Under the pieces are notes generated by a model, which did not search any database, was not told where the DNA came from, and saw nothing but the letters and a program-made list of their open reading frames with translations. The translations under genes were made by a program, and so were the position numbers. Below, one piece after another: positions 12,301 through 25,688 of a stretch of DNA of 64,000 nucleotides. This DNA is from Ptychomitrium polyphyllum (taxonomy: Eukaryota): assembly GCA_973851085.1 (NCBI GenBank), contig OZ316775.1, forward strand, positions 15,624,001 through 15,688,000, written 5' to 3'. Each line of letters starts with the position of its first letter. The stretch's first letter is position 1.

Positions 12301-15300
12301 TTCAAGATTGTATCTTTTCGTAGAATGCCAAAATACAAGCCCAAACCTTTGTACTGGAGGGTGTAATCTTCGCAACTACTACGGGAAAGCTGAATACCTT
12401 CAACACGGAAGCTCGATCACCAAGTGCAAAGACAGCTCCACGATTTTTTAGAGGCTCCCTTGGTCGAGAAAACAGGCCAGTACTTCGGGTGCCTGCATCC
12501 TCCACTCCTAGAAGGTCATTTCTAGTCACTATGTCAAGCTGAAGCTTTTCCAATGCTTGAATATAGCTCCGGAAATGCACACTCAAAACCTGTAAATACC
12601 ATCCAACAAGTCAGTCATTCTCCTAATTTTGAAAGCGATAAATGCCTACAGGTCATGACATGACAAGTTGTAGCAATAATACAGCCCAAACATCCCAAGT
12701 TGAGGACATACTGAAGCTAACATATACCTTGCTCATGGTGTCGACATAAGCTGCTCGCACCTCTGGATACACCTCGTGACCATGATCTTGTAGAAATGTC
12801 GCCACGTACCTATATTAAAACGAAGCAGCACTTTTAGGATCACATAGACAAGTATTACAAGTTCCGAAAACACTAAGGAAATGAAACTAGCTGGAAATAC
12901 AAGTTGAAGAAAAGCATATCAACAGAATAAAGATTCTAGAATTAAAATGAACTTGTTCAGGTAAAAAGTGCTGTAAAGTCCATACTTGTACTTCAAAAGG
13001 ACATTTTGCTGCAAGATTTGAATGTTGGTTTTAGGTCGCTTCAGAGCATACAGTTTCTGCATCAGAAACTCTCGTGCCTGCATAATTGGAAGAAAAATTT
13101 CAGTATCAAATCTAGATGTTGAATACCAGCTGTTTGATTATTTAGGTCATCACAGCTAATGTTGCAGTAAACCTTAAAGAATCCAAATCTGGTATCTTCA
13201 GTCAACAACAGAACCCTTTCAGATATGGCTCACATAAAATCACCTAGGTCTCATACATATCAATCTCAGCTGCCATCAGGTAAATGATAAATGGAACCAA
13301 AAAACGAGCATCAAGTCAAAAAGCACCTTATAAACTGCCTTGACACGTAATCTTTCAAATTCGGGAATGACATCATGCATGGCCAACGTGTCTTTGGACT
13401 CTTTATTTTCAGCTACATATGTCAATTTTTTGCTTAGCGACTGAAGTACGTTCACATATTCCTCATTGACCTGCAAGATTCAAAAATAAAGAAACATTAG
13501 GTTACAAACAAGAATCAAATACCTTTAAGATTGGCGCTTGATGTCATCACAGTAAGGGAAAAAAATAAACGTCGTACATACATGTACAATCCAGCACAGG
13601 CAGGGCTAAGAACAGAAAGCATTGCGCCAAATTACGACACACCTATGCTCACATATCAGACACTCCAATTATAATACTGCCATTACTAATCTAGTGTCAA
13701 ACATAAATCCACTGCAATAATCCAGACTCATGTTTAACTTGGATATAATTTCTGACAGCAAGATTTTACATGGTGTACTGTAGTCATTTGTGCATTAATG
13801 CTATTGCGATTTAGGCTCATGCATGTGTAAGAAAAACACAAGAAGAATAGAGACCTACCTCTCCATCAACAATCGTGTCAATCATACTTGGTGGAACCAC
13901 TACTTCTTCAATGAAATTAGCCAATTTCGCTTCTGCAACCTACACAAACGCCAATGTATTCAACTCATACAGTTATTACTCATTCTAAAATCACTGGTCC
14001 AACGAAACAGATGATAGCATGATGAAAAATCGTGAGAAACAAGAAGATACAAAAGCACACTGCGAGTATTGATACTTGGCATGAACAATATCTCTGTTGA
14101 ATACCCTGAAGAACATAATCACAAGATATCAGCATAATTTCAAGCCATATCATAAAGGACATACCTTTCTATTCTTCAATTTGATTCCCATGCTCATAGA
14201 TTGCTCCTGAAGATTTTTGATCTCCGAGCTTATTGATCCTAAATCTGTCTGAGCAGGAGAAGACAATATCTCAGTACAATAGAAGCAAGACACATTAATC
14301 CCAAAGCATCCAAAGGTCAAATACACGAAAGGAAAATGACAATAAGTAACATGTGGCAGAAATCGCAAATGGAGCATTTGAATTTGCAAGAAACAAGTTT
14401 GGTGCACAAGCTAATGACCTGAAAACCACCAAGCAAGGACTCCATTTGCGTCAATATTGTATCACATTCTCGTATTTGAGCATGTAACGACACCAGATTG
14501 TCACTTTCTTTCATGTAATCCTGGAGATAAAGTACCAGACAACGTCAGCTTCCTTGTTCTCTGCAACTGCTAGCAAGTAGAACACCACTAACACATAGAG
14601 CTTATTAACCACGTCAGAAGTCCTAGGATATTTTTGATAATACAAGGAAAGTAGTACTTCGAAAGTAGAAAGAAAGGCCACTTGGTGAAGATCCACTAAA
14701 CCTGAATGGACTCAAGCTCCACTTGGCGTAGGTTCTCCTCCACCTCAATTGCATACTCCCGCAATTGAATGCCCTGACCAAGGATACTTCCTACCATCTG
14801 CGCGATGTCGCTTTGAGCTCAAACTACTTGTATACTGTTGGAACTTAACATTTGATGACAGGTATATGACATAACAGGACAAGAATATGACAATAGCAGG
14901 AAACAGATGAAGTTAAAGAGGAAGAGAAAAAAAGAGATGTTGACCCAGAGCAACCATACAACCGCGCACATGAAAGTACAACAGCGGATTACACGGTCAT
15001 TGTTGAGGTAAAAAAGTTGGAAATACCTGGTGACCTTTGAGGCGCTGCAATTCCTCCTCCAGCCCCTCCAGGTCCACTTCATCACTGTTGCGCCAACCCA
15101 AGAAGCTCGATTATAAGATATGATAGCGTTTCTTCTAGTTCTATTGAGATGAAACTTTGATTGCTGAGTTATAAAAGATTGTAATCGAAGACTAAAAACT
15201 TCATTCTTTTAATAACTAAGAAATACTCATAAGAAATGCTCTTGACAATTCTACAGAGGACGCAAGCATCTCCAAAATCCCTTCCTAAATCAAATAGATC

Positions 15301-16410
15301 CTAAATCAGGAGTTGAAGATAGCTCATGAGAGGACTTGGCACGTATCTCTGCCGCATATACAATTGTGCCTGCTGCAAATAGAGATGCACCTTCCTCATA
15401 CTACTGAGTGCACAATAACAAGGATTTGCTTCAATTCACAAGTGTGTAAATCTACGTGAAGCTCTTAGAGATGTCAGAGTTTTGTGCTCACCCAGATTCG
15501 TCTCCAAAAGTGATATCACCAGCAGTAATTGATAAATCTGCTGCTTGCTGTTCTGCTTCCCCTAGCTCAGCATCCTACATATTTTGAACCGCCAACTCGA
15601 TCAGAACAAAACTCCAACCATTCACTACATTCACCTCATACCGCAATATTATTGTTAATATTATTATCATCATTATTATTGTTGAGATTAATAATAATAA
15701 GAATAATAAGAAAAATAATAACACCAACAACAACAATACCATCTTCTCCAGCTTGTTGCCTAAAAGGTCTTACTCCCAGGCAATAACGTGCAAAATGCAA
15801 CCTAGTTTCTCAATCCCATCCACAGAATCTTCTAGAACATTATTGTGCCTAAATTTCCAAGTACTCCAAAAACAGAGCACACTGCAAAACCTTCATCAGC
15901 AAGAAACTGACGTGTGACATGATTGAACAGATTCGAAGACATGGCCACTCCCAACCACACCGTCCAAAACCAAACTCACAGGCCACGTAATCAGATCAAC
16001 GCTCCGCTTCTTCAACGAAGGAGCTAGCGATGGAATTCCCACACAATGCCCGCACCATACCAGACATTGCATAGCTAGGGCATTCTCTAATACCCCAATA
16101 CTAAGCAAAGAGCAAAAAAGAGTGCAAGGTGCCCCAGATCCGATCTTCGTGACTGACGAAAACGGGAAACGAATTCGAGTTCTCCACTACATTCCCACTC
16201 CTGTAGAAAGAGCAGAACCCAACATACCGATGAAGCGAAGAGTGGCGACGCAAACAGCTTCTCCAGCGCGACTTGCGCGTACTCTTCCGCCGTGAGCGCC
16301 TGCGCTGGAGCTTCCACGCTGCTCTCCTCGCCCTCGCTCCCCGTCGTCTCCGTCAACGGCCCCGACATCGAGATCGCCCGCGCCGCCACGGCCGCGGATG
16401 CGTCCACCAT
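9385..16410 (-). CDS. VPS52: Vacuolar protein sorting 52 (GARP complex subunit, POK-like), about 20 exons
   Basis: Spliced exons encode DITFGDES/GDEVDLEGLEEEL, LREYAIEVEENLRQVELESIQDYMKESDNLVSLHAQIRECDTILTQMESLLGGFQ, DLGSISSEIKNLQEQSMSMGIKLKNRK, LWPRFKLVFDMHLSSLR...PHYVTRRYAEFAAS and a last exon ending ...ALTQLLLYYTR...IMYEIKKYSRTF*. First exons are 16228-16410 (G|GTATGT donor), 15492-15574 and 15027-15084, with consistent phases. Confidence 0.95.
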
Positions 16411-16437
16411 CGCTGCTGCTCTGCTCTGCTCTGCTCT

Positions 16438-16537
<100 letters not shown>

Positions 16538-17199
16538 CCAGATCAATTGCTCCCCCAGAAAACTTCCTCGCTCAAATCAGTTCTGTGAATCGCGGATCTC
16601 TGCCAGTTCTCGCACGCACAAAACGCAAGAGCGACGCAACGCGTGGCCGATCTGGTCGCGGCATTCAACAGCACGCTCGCGCTGCGTATCCGCTGCCTCA
16701 ACGCGACGCGAGCGAGACGACGCTGCGCCTCCAATATGGATGAAAAAAGATGAATCTCATCATTCAGATGTACTCCGTCGCCAGCTCTGCCTCGGGTGTT
16801 TGGTGGCGTGAATGCCACGGATGAATTGCAATTCGCCTCAGCTTCGGCCGGTGGGTGCTCTGGATTACACGGATGAATGTCATCCTGTTCTTGGGTTCGA
16901 ATGATGCGTGATGTGGCTGTCATGGATGTCATAGATGAATGTAATCGTGGTTTGGCTTCAGGTGGCGGATGATGTGGATGAGCTTTCTCCCGGTGAGGGG
17001 TGCGTACTCAAAGCCGTCACTGTACTCAAACCGACATCATCTACACATTGCGTACAGTTCACTTCAGGAGGTCTACAGAACGCGTGAAGAATGTTGAAAG
17101 TGTGAAATCTATGAATATAGACAGTGTAGCTTTCTTCGAGATATGTGGATGCCAGATTTATGGATAAGAAGAAAAAGAATTCCAGTATTTAAAGGAGAC

Positions 17200-18800
17200 C
17201 GGCATGAATAGATTGTTTGTTTGTTCCATCCTTGATATGAAACAAAGATTAGTAATATAGAATTACTCTTTATTTTTGAGAGGAAGTGATTTATAGATAA
17301 ATGATGCTTTAATCCTTACTTACATATAGCTTTAGCAGTATGAGAATTTCAAATTTGACCCTCTTCAAAAAATTTAAGTTTAATCTTTCTTGTACAAGAT
17401 TTCATATCTTACTTAGAATGTTCAATGATATGAAGTTTATTGTGGTGAATTGCATGTAAGTTTACAAAATACTTAATAAACTTTAAATTTAAAAAAAAAC
17501 AACAATTAAGAAAGTATACTTTTTAAAATAATATTTCTTTAGCAACAAATAAAAGATGCAGTCTTTAAAATAGGAATGGTGTTTTTTATTTATTTAACCA
17601 ATAGATATGTAAATCTTTGGAAATGGACCTTTTTCTAACTTGCTATAAAATCCTAAAATAAGTTTTGTTAATATCTTTAAAAAAAATCTTGAATTTTAAA
17701 CAAAGTCCAGTATAATGTTATATGATGGAATTTGTTCATTTCTTCCTAAAGACGTATAGGTCAATTTTTAAAAACTTTGTGATTAAGTATATTTCACCAA
17801 TGGATAATGATAATGACTAATTTAAATTGAACATGCATTTAGAAATTATTTATATAATAACAACTTCCAAAACAGCCTATATAAGATTGTATAAGATAGA
17901 ATTGCATGCAAAGATATTAAAAATGCATTTACTATGGAATTTATTGAAGTCCAGTTTTACATGCAATACAATTGATATTACTTACTTTTTCTTTAAAAAT
18001 TTGCAAACAAAAATTCAATTACTAAAATGCTAAAAAAATATATACAATATTTTTTTAAAGAAATTAAATCTTAAATTGTTTTAAACTTCAACCTTAAAAG
18101 CAATCATTATATGTTCAAATGAATTTTTTTAAAAGCAAGGATTTTCAAATGCATTAATGACATATTGTGCGCTCAAAGACCACTTAATAAAAGGTTAGTG
18201 TATAGTAGATATTTATAATATATTACAAGAAGTTATGTGGCTTGGTTTAAATAAAGACTAGAAATGAATGGTATATCTTTTTGCTTACAAGTTGAAATAT
18301 CACTTGGTGAAAGAGATTATTCCAAAGAAATTTGAAATGGCCTACAAACCACTTCTAGAAGTTGTAGGTGGATATATTATTAGCATTTATTGAGTGGTAG
18401 AAGGAACTATTTAAAAATTTAATGACAAGAAAATAATACTAATGTTGGAGTTGTAAAAAATGGATGGAATTTGGAAGTCTATTTTGTAAAAAGAATTGTA
18501 TAAAGTGATTGTGCAAAAGTTTTGATACAACTTCTTATATTAATGATTAATAAGATGATTAAAGATGAAATTTAAGTTATTCAAATAAATACTTTTGAGG
18601 GAATTTGTAGGATAGAAGTGATTAAGGATAAATTCAAGAAAAAGATTATTTTGAAGGAAATGTTATATTAGAAATGGATTCTTTTGGTGTTAAGAAAAAA
18701 AATGTATGTATGGATACATGAGTTCCTATCATTACTAAAAAAGAAATGAAGTATAACTTCAATTGTGTGTATGTTGTGTCCATTCAATTTATTTAAAGTA
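17200..18800. mobile_element. Very AT-rich degenerate block, probably a decayed transposable element (family not identifiable)
   Basis: Sharp drop in GC content, CpG depletion and no credible ORFs. No terminal repeats recognised. Confidence 0.3.
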
Positions 18801-19029
18801 CCATCATTCACTTAGTAGTGTTGTGTGAGTAAAGGAAACTGAGAAACCTTGAAGCACAAAAGGTCTATATTCATAACATTTATATTGGTTAAAGCAACTT
18901 CCCATCACCTCAGAACGTGAAAAATCAACAGTGAATGCTTTTCCTAATAGTTATAATAGTTAAGATGATGTACTTTCTTATTTTGTTGGCATTATTACCT
19001 TATCTCTAACTTCATCTATATGAACTTCT

Positions 19030-20230
19030 GATGCTAAAAAAACTGTATACCGACGGACTACACACCTCTGAGATTCGGAATCTTTTGTAACTTGCATGGA
19101 TACGTGCAGCGGTTGCTAGATTCACTTCAGACTTTGACAATCTTCAACTATTATGGCAGTCCCGTGAAGGACCTTGCTGTATCTTGCATGAAAGACTTGT
19201 TCATATTGATATCCAACACGGGCATAGATGTGACGTACTGGTGTTGGAAACATTGTAGCCAGCGCAGATTGAACTCAAGCATTTCTCAAAAAACCGAAAG
19301 GATCACTTCTCCTACGGCACGTCAAAACTATAAGTTGGTGGTCTTGGAATAGTTCGGTTCTATATTCTCAAGTTTGCCTGAGTCATTTGGACTGCTGCGC
19401 AACTTGGAGGTCCTGGATTTGGATCCACACCTGAAAGTTTACTCAAGTCATTGGGAGACTGGGGCTGCTGTGAGAAGTGGACCCTGTTTGCAGAGTTCAC
19501 TATGTTATCAAATATATAGGGGCTTCATAATAGGGAAGGGACTTGAATCTTGCACGTTTAGAGGACTGAAAGTATGCCCAAGTGGTTTGAAGAGCTGATC
19601 ATCTCGTTGTTGGTTCTGAGCTGAGTGCTCATGTGAACAGCTCAAGAGGCAACCACATTCGTTTTAGAGTCTATTGGAAAGCTGAACATGTTGGAATCTT
19701 TGTTTATGAACAAAGGATCTGAATGCACTACCAAATTCGTTGTGGACCTCGGAAACCTGAGGGACTTGTGACTTGATTATTCTAGAATCCCAAGTTTACC
19801 AAAGTCTTTTGGGAAGCTGAGCAACTGAATATTGTTGAGTCTAAGCACATGTTGCAAGCTCATCTTGCTACCAGAGTCGTTTGGGAGTCGTACCAATCTG
19901 CAGTCATGAATCTCGAATGTACAGCAGTGGTCAAATGTCTGCCCGTTCTTTTGGAGGGCTGAGCAAATTAGAAGAGTTGAACTTATGGTGTTGTGGCAAG
20001 CTTGTTATGCTCCCAAATTAGTCTGGAAGTCTTCAAAAATTTAGGACATTAAATTCGGATTGGACTGGACATGAATTTACCTAAAACTTTTGGAGAGCTC
20101 AGCAACTTGCAATCCTTGGATGTTTCCCGGTGCTGGTCTCTGAAAATTGTCCATAAGCCGCGTGCACGATGCCTAATTTTGATGTAGCTACTTACCTGCC
20201 CTGGGAACCTTGAATCGTTAGAACAAATGA
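19030..20230 (+). pseudogene. Disrupted leucine-rich-repeat region of an NLR/disease-resistance-like gene
   Basis: Repeated LPxSFGxLxNLxxLxL units (LPESFGLLRNLEVLDL, LPKSFGKLSN*ILLSL, LPESFGSRTNLQS*, FGGLSKLEELNLWCCGKLVMLPN*, LPKTFGELSNLQSLDVSRCWSL) broken by stops and frameshifts. No NB-ARC domain seen. Confidence 0.8.
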
Positions 20231-21375
20231 TGACCGGCAATGGCAAGGTAACCGGAGTGCGCACGATTGGTTAAGTTTAGGCATGTTATTACAACCTTAG
20301 TGCCCTTACTAGCACAAGAAATGCGCTTAGTTCTTTGTACACCAATGTCTTTCATTTAATTTTTAAAGTGTGTAGTGGCATACAAAGAACTTGAAGTTGC
20401 TGCTTGAAAGACAACCTTTATTTTGCTGCATTCATGCAAAACCTAGCAACCCGTACTGTAAAACATTTGTCGCTATTGTTCTTAACGCATAGCAAAGTTT
20501 AGCACTTAAAAGAAAAAGTAGAAATTTTATTGCTATTCATTATGGTGCAGGCTCATTCAGCTAAAGGATGTTATAAGTAACAGAATAAGTTGGTTTCGCC
20601 TGTCGTCGCCACTGATGTTCAGGTATCATGAAATTGTAGAAATGGTGAATCTTACTGGATTTCGCACAAGTTGTGCATTGTTGAGTTCGCACCAGTTATG
20701 CAGGCCCATGAACATTGGTTTTGATTTAAAGGATAAATTGGTGGAAGAACTGGCCATTGTACAATAGACGGTTGGTTCCAAGAATCATATTAAAAAGTTA
20801 CAAATTCCAAAATGTTGATACTGTATATGATGCAATGACATGGATCTGTGAAAAGGTCTTCCATGCATGCTGCTCATGAGTGTGCGAGCTACATGCAAGA
20901 CTACCTTCAACTCTGATCACCAGCAAATCGTCCCTCCCTCTTCTCTTCATTCCTTCCTTCTGTCCTCCCGCTGCATGCTCCTCCAGCCAATGTGAGCAAC
21001 CTTCTTCTCGTGTACAACCGAATGGTGCGTGACCCCAGGTGAGTTTACATTCTGTTCTCATGATGTGTAAAACTTCATGGATTTTGGTGGGCCGTAACTG
21101 AAAGATTTAGCGATATTTCGTGTTTTTGATTCATTTTTTTCCTTCATCATTTCACCTAGACAAGAACACTATTTCAGGCTTGAAAGAACTGAACCCTTTA
21201 TCAAGATGCTTGACTGTTTTTCATAGCTGTATTCATTAATGCTACAGGGCGATAATTATACACATTTAACACGTGGGTTCATATTTAACACGTAGTGTTT
21301 GAATGACCAGCTAGTGTGGAGAATCAATTGCAATCACTTAATATAAGGTGCCAAAATATTTTAGTCTTCCTCTTT

Positions 21376-23810
21376 TCATTCATTGGTTTGACAAACATCT
21401 ATAAGAGCCGCCCTTGACCTTTGGTCAGCTGAGCAATCAGATTCAACCATCATCTTAAACCAACACAGAGCATCCTCAAGTTTCTCCTGCTGACCGAATG
21501 TCCGGATCAAAAGGGTGAAGATGGTTGCATTCGGTTTGATGCCTGCAGTCCGCAGATCTTCAAAACTTCGCAGCAGGGCAGGTGTGTCAATGCACACTTG
21601 TGAAGCCAAGCATCAGGGTTCCATAAGTCACTACATTCGATTCTATGCCCGCTTGCTTCATTCTCTTTAACAAGTGTTTGGCCTTTTGCATGTTCCCGGA
21701 ACTTGCGTAAGCAGCTAGGAGCGTAGCGTACGAATGAACGTCGGGTCAACATCTGCATGAGTATTGACACCATAAGAAGCTTTAAACGCAAAAGAAATGA
21801 GAAAAAGATGAAATTCTACAACAGCAACATTTTGTGCTAAATCTTTGTCTAGTTTGAGGATCAGAAGAATCTGGTCACAAGAGGAAAAAGGTAAGAGGTT
21901 AAACCTGTCTTGTCCCATTTTCTTAAAGACACTCTCTGCTCCCTCTACTTCTTTGCATCTCGCATTGGCTTCTAAAAGTGCGTTATATGCAGTTCTTGAG
22001 GGCCTGAATAAACACAGGTAGGTATTAAGTTAGCATCAGACAAAATCACCCAGAGTTTCCAAACTCAAGCTACTTTCGCGAACATAAAAAGTGAGTCAAG
22101 CCCAGCAACTGAACTTACATTATACCAGAAACTACCATTTCACGAAAAACGGCTTGAGCTTCTTCAACACGTCTCACCTTAGAGTAGGCATTGATCAGCC
22201 CAGTATAAGTTAGGACATCTGGTTTGATTTTGCCAACTTGCATCTGAGAGCATTACCAGAGAGACCTGTCAGATATTACAACTTATTCCTCATCAGCTTT
22301 CTATTCAGGAAGTTGTGGACTTTTCTACATAGGCCTGCAAGGACGATACTTCAGTTTGAATTAGAGACAACATAAAGACTTGATACTTATGCTAGACCTG
22401 AAAAACAACAACCTTTTTATAAACACACCCTAGTATTTACAACGAAGTGAACGATCAATATGCATACTCTAACAGCAAGCCAGGATAGAGAAAAATAATT
22501 GAGTGGTATAATGAATCCTGCAAACCATACATGTCGCAAACAAGCCTCTGCATCCGCAACGGTCTTTTGAGAAGCCATCAAACTGTTGAATGTAACTACT
22601 GTCATGGGAACGCCTGAACCCTTCATCTGTCGAAAAACAGCCTGCTGCTCTAACAATTTCCCAGCCTTGCCGTACGTGTGCATCATAAGATTATACAAGC
22701 GAGCATCTGGTTTGGCCTCATCCTTCTCGCCTACACTTTTGAACATTCTCTCCGCATCATCGAACTGTTTTGCCTGGAATTGTCCATGTATTTTAGAAGT
22801 GTAAAGAGCTAGTGGTAATGGGTTATTTGTGACAATGTCTAGTAGCTGCTTCTTTGTAAATACAAACCGCGTAACTGCAACTGGGTGTTTGTGACTTGAA
22901 CTGTGCAATTTAAACCGAAGTTTAACGACTGCAATTGAACTTCAAGAAACCTTGTCATTGTCTTAGAGTAAGGATGACATACCTTACAGAGTGCGTTGAT
23001 GTATACTTGGTCAGTGACCACTGTAGGAGCAGGGCTCGTTTCCACCATCTCTCTGTAAATTGACTCAGCTCGCTCAAAATTATCAGTCCGTGCATGAGCT
23101 TCAAGGAGCGAGGTAAAACATGCTACATTTGGTTCCATCCATGCCTCACGCATCTTCGTGAAACTCGACTCAGCATTTTCTGCTAGGCCCAGTTTCCATA
23201 AGCGGCTATTATCAAATTGAAGTCCTGAATCCCGAAATTCCACCAATCCTGCTCCCTCAGCCAGATCAAAACCTGGATACACATTCCAGAAAGTGACGTC
23301 AGTTCCATATCCAAATAATGGTTTCTAGTGATGTGATTGTAGCAAGAGGTGTCCTAGACAGGTTAGTTTTGAGTATTCCTAAGCCAAGCAAGAGCGTGCA
23401 AGCAACTGATAAATTTGTGTAAAGCCGAACCTCTAGAACCATTGCCCACTTATTGAGCTGCCGCAGCCTAATAAGTGTTCCTAGACCATCACTCTTTCAA
23501 ATCTTTCCATCTTCTTTTCGGCGACTTAATATTTCTACTGCTGAGCCTGAAACTTCAATAGCCTTCATCATTTTCTCCCACTTCAATTATTTCCTAGCTA
23601 CCCTAGACAATGGCTCTCCTGGACCCTGCATCTCCTTTGTTTCTGAAACAATGGCTGCCACCGCATGTGCAACTACCTGCAAAGCGTGTCTTGGCGAAGC
23701 ATCCTTGGGCATCTGTAGATATGAGTGCTTCTGGAAAATAGGGTTACTAGAACCTCTAATTAGAGATATGTTTATCTCTACTGGCTGACATCCATCAATT
23801 CTGCATAAAA
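21376..23810 (-). pseudogene. P-class pentatricopeptide repeat (PPR) pseudogene, plastid-type, resembling the Arabidopsis At3g59040 family as I recall it; 5' exons may extend to about 24560
   Basis: Spliced PPR motifs (WLREQDWWNFGIQDFNLIIAAYG, EPNVACFTSLLEAHAR, KPDARLYNLMMHTYGKAG, KPDVLTYTGLINAYSK, PDVHSYATLLAAYASSG, KPNATIFTLLIRTFGQ). In-frame stops at 23587-23589 (TAA), 23497-23499 (TGA) and 21746-21748 (TGA); frameshifts near 23194 and 21589. Confidence 0.88.
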
Positions 23811-25688
23811 GTGCACAAGATTGAATCAAGTCAGCAACACCCCGAGAGGAAAGATACGTTGAAGTTCTACACTTAAACAAATTCACAAACTAAGAAACTT
23901 CATATTCATCTTCTGAGTAGCAGAACTCTGGTTGATACGAATTTGTGACAAGCATTCCTACCTGAATTTCAGACTCACATGTACGGTAGCCATGACCTCA
24001 ACTCTGCAAAAGAGAAGATGTCGTGTGAGAAACGCGTGTAAGTCAATCTCCTGCTGCGCCAGATAAACCCTGAAATGCTTAAACCCCTTCTACACCCTCT
24101 CGAGCTATTGCCTTCACGTTCAGCTTTCGATTCGAGGATACGCAATTCTCCTACCACACTCTAGTCGGGGTTTACAAAAATTCTTAGCATAAGACATCAA
24201 CAAAAAGAAGATACACTGTAGGGAGAGAGGAGCAGAATCTTACACCGGGGCAGCAGTGAAGTAACCTAGCTACAGAGAACACGCTAATACCCCTCCAGAG
24301 GAGAAGCTCTTCACCACCGTCCAGTTCCGTGCTTCCCAACACATGATCCTCTCCACCGTGCGAAGCTCCCAGAAACCACTCACCGCCGCCGCCGCAGTTC
24401 GCTTACCCTCGCAAAAGCGTCCGCTCTAGAACCACACTCCAGAAACCAGTCCAACTCCAAGAATTCACAGCGCAGTCCTCCGAAAACTCAACATCAGCCC
24501 CAAACCGTAAACCACAAAAAAATATTCCTTGCAATTCCAATGTCACCAGAGACACCACCATTTCCGCAAGTTACATACTTTCGCATCACTTCATATTCAA
24601 CATTCAGAAACGCATGTCCAGCGGACAAGCCACAGGTATGCATGCCAAGACAACCGAACCCAGTAACGTGAAAGCCACCGGAGAACTTCTACTTCTCGAG
24701 CATTGAGATTCTTTCAGAAATCAAAACGAGAAACGCAGTAGTTATGTGAAAAGAGAAAGTGAAGCTCATGACGTTGCAAGTGCCTAAACGATTGTCGGTT
24801 TGCAGGAAGCACAGGCTCACAGCCTCGAAGAGAGAACAACTTGAAGGCTACCGAAGGAATGAAGAGACTCAAGAGAATTTAAGCGAGACACAGTTCCCCT
24901 TGCTCGACGTCTGGTTCTCATCATCGTCATTTCTTTCCCACTACTTTCTCATGTTTTGGTTTATGAGTTATCTGTTAAAAGAAACCTTTTAGAAACTTTT
25001 CCCTCAGCTCGTTCAATCTCGTGATTGTCTTTTGTGCGCCGGATTCCCGTGTAAGCTACGATATGTTTGTGCAAACTCCAGCAGATCTATAAGGTTCAGG
25101 TTCTCCAACCTAATGCGATTCCAGGTGATGATTAGCATTAGTCTCTGTCAAAGCTAGGTGAGTTGGATTTATTTCAATCAACCTGCCACTTGATTTACCG
25201 TGGTGGCTATGAGGATCTTTAAAAGTTGATTAGAATTTGTCTCCAAACGTGATGGTTTTGTCTAGTGAGATTCAATGAGCGTTTGCTTTTAAAGGTTCCA
25301 AGAGCAAGTGCTTGGTTCCATATGACTGCAAAAATGTGTAAGGCATGCCTTTGACGCATAAAAGTTCTAGATGATTGAATTTTACACATCTGCTAGTTTC
25401 TATAGCTCTTCGTTCATGGAGCTTGTAGTTTGTGAGGTAATATACCTGCTGCCACAGATGGTACACGTTAATCTACAATGGATTGTTCGAGCCTTCCACT
25501 TCAGATATTGCAGCGCTCTGTTGGCTTTTCCTGTCATGATTCTGCAATGATTCGTCTTTTATCTACTTCTACTCATCTCAGTTGAAAATCGTTATCCTCG
25601 TTCTCCAGCAGTCCGGAACTTCGTCTGATGCAATCAGAGTTTTCAGCCAGCTACTCAACCAACTTCAAACCTCGGAGAATGAAAGGTC

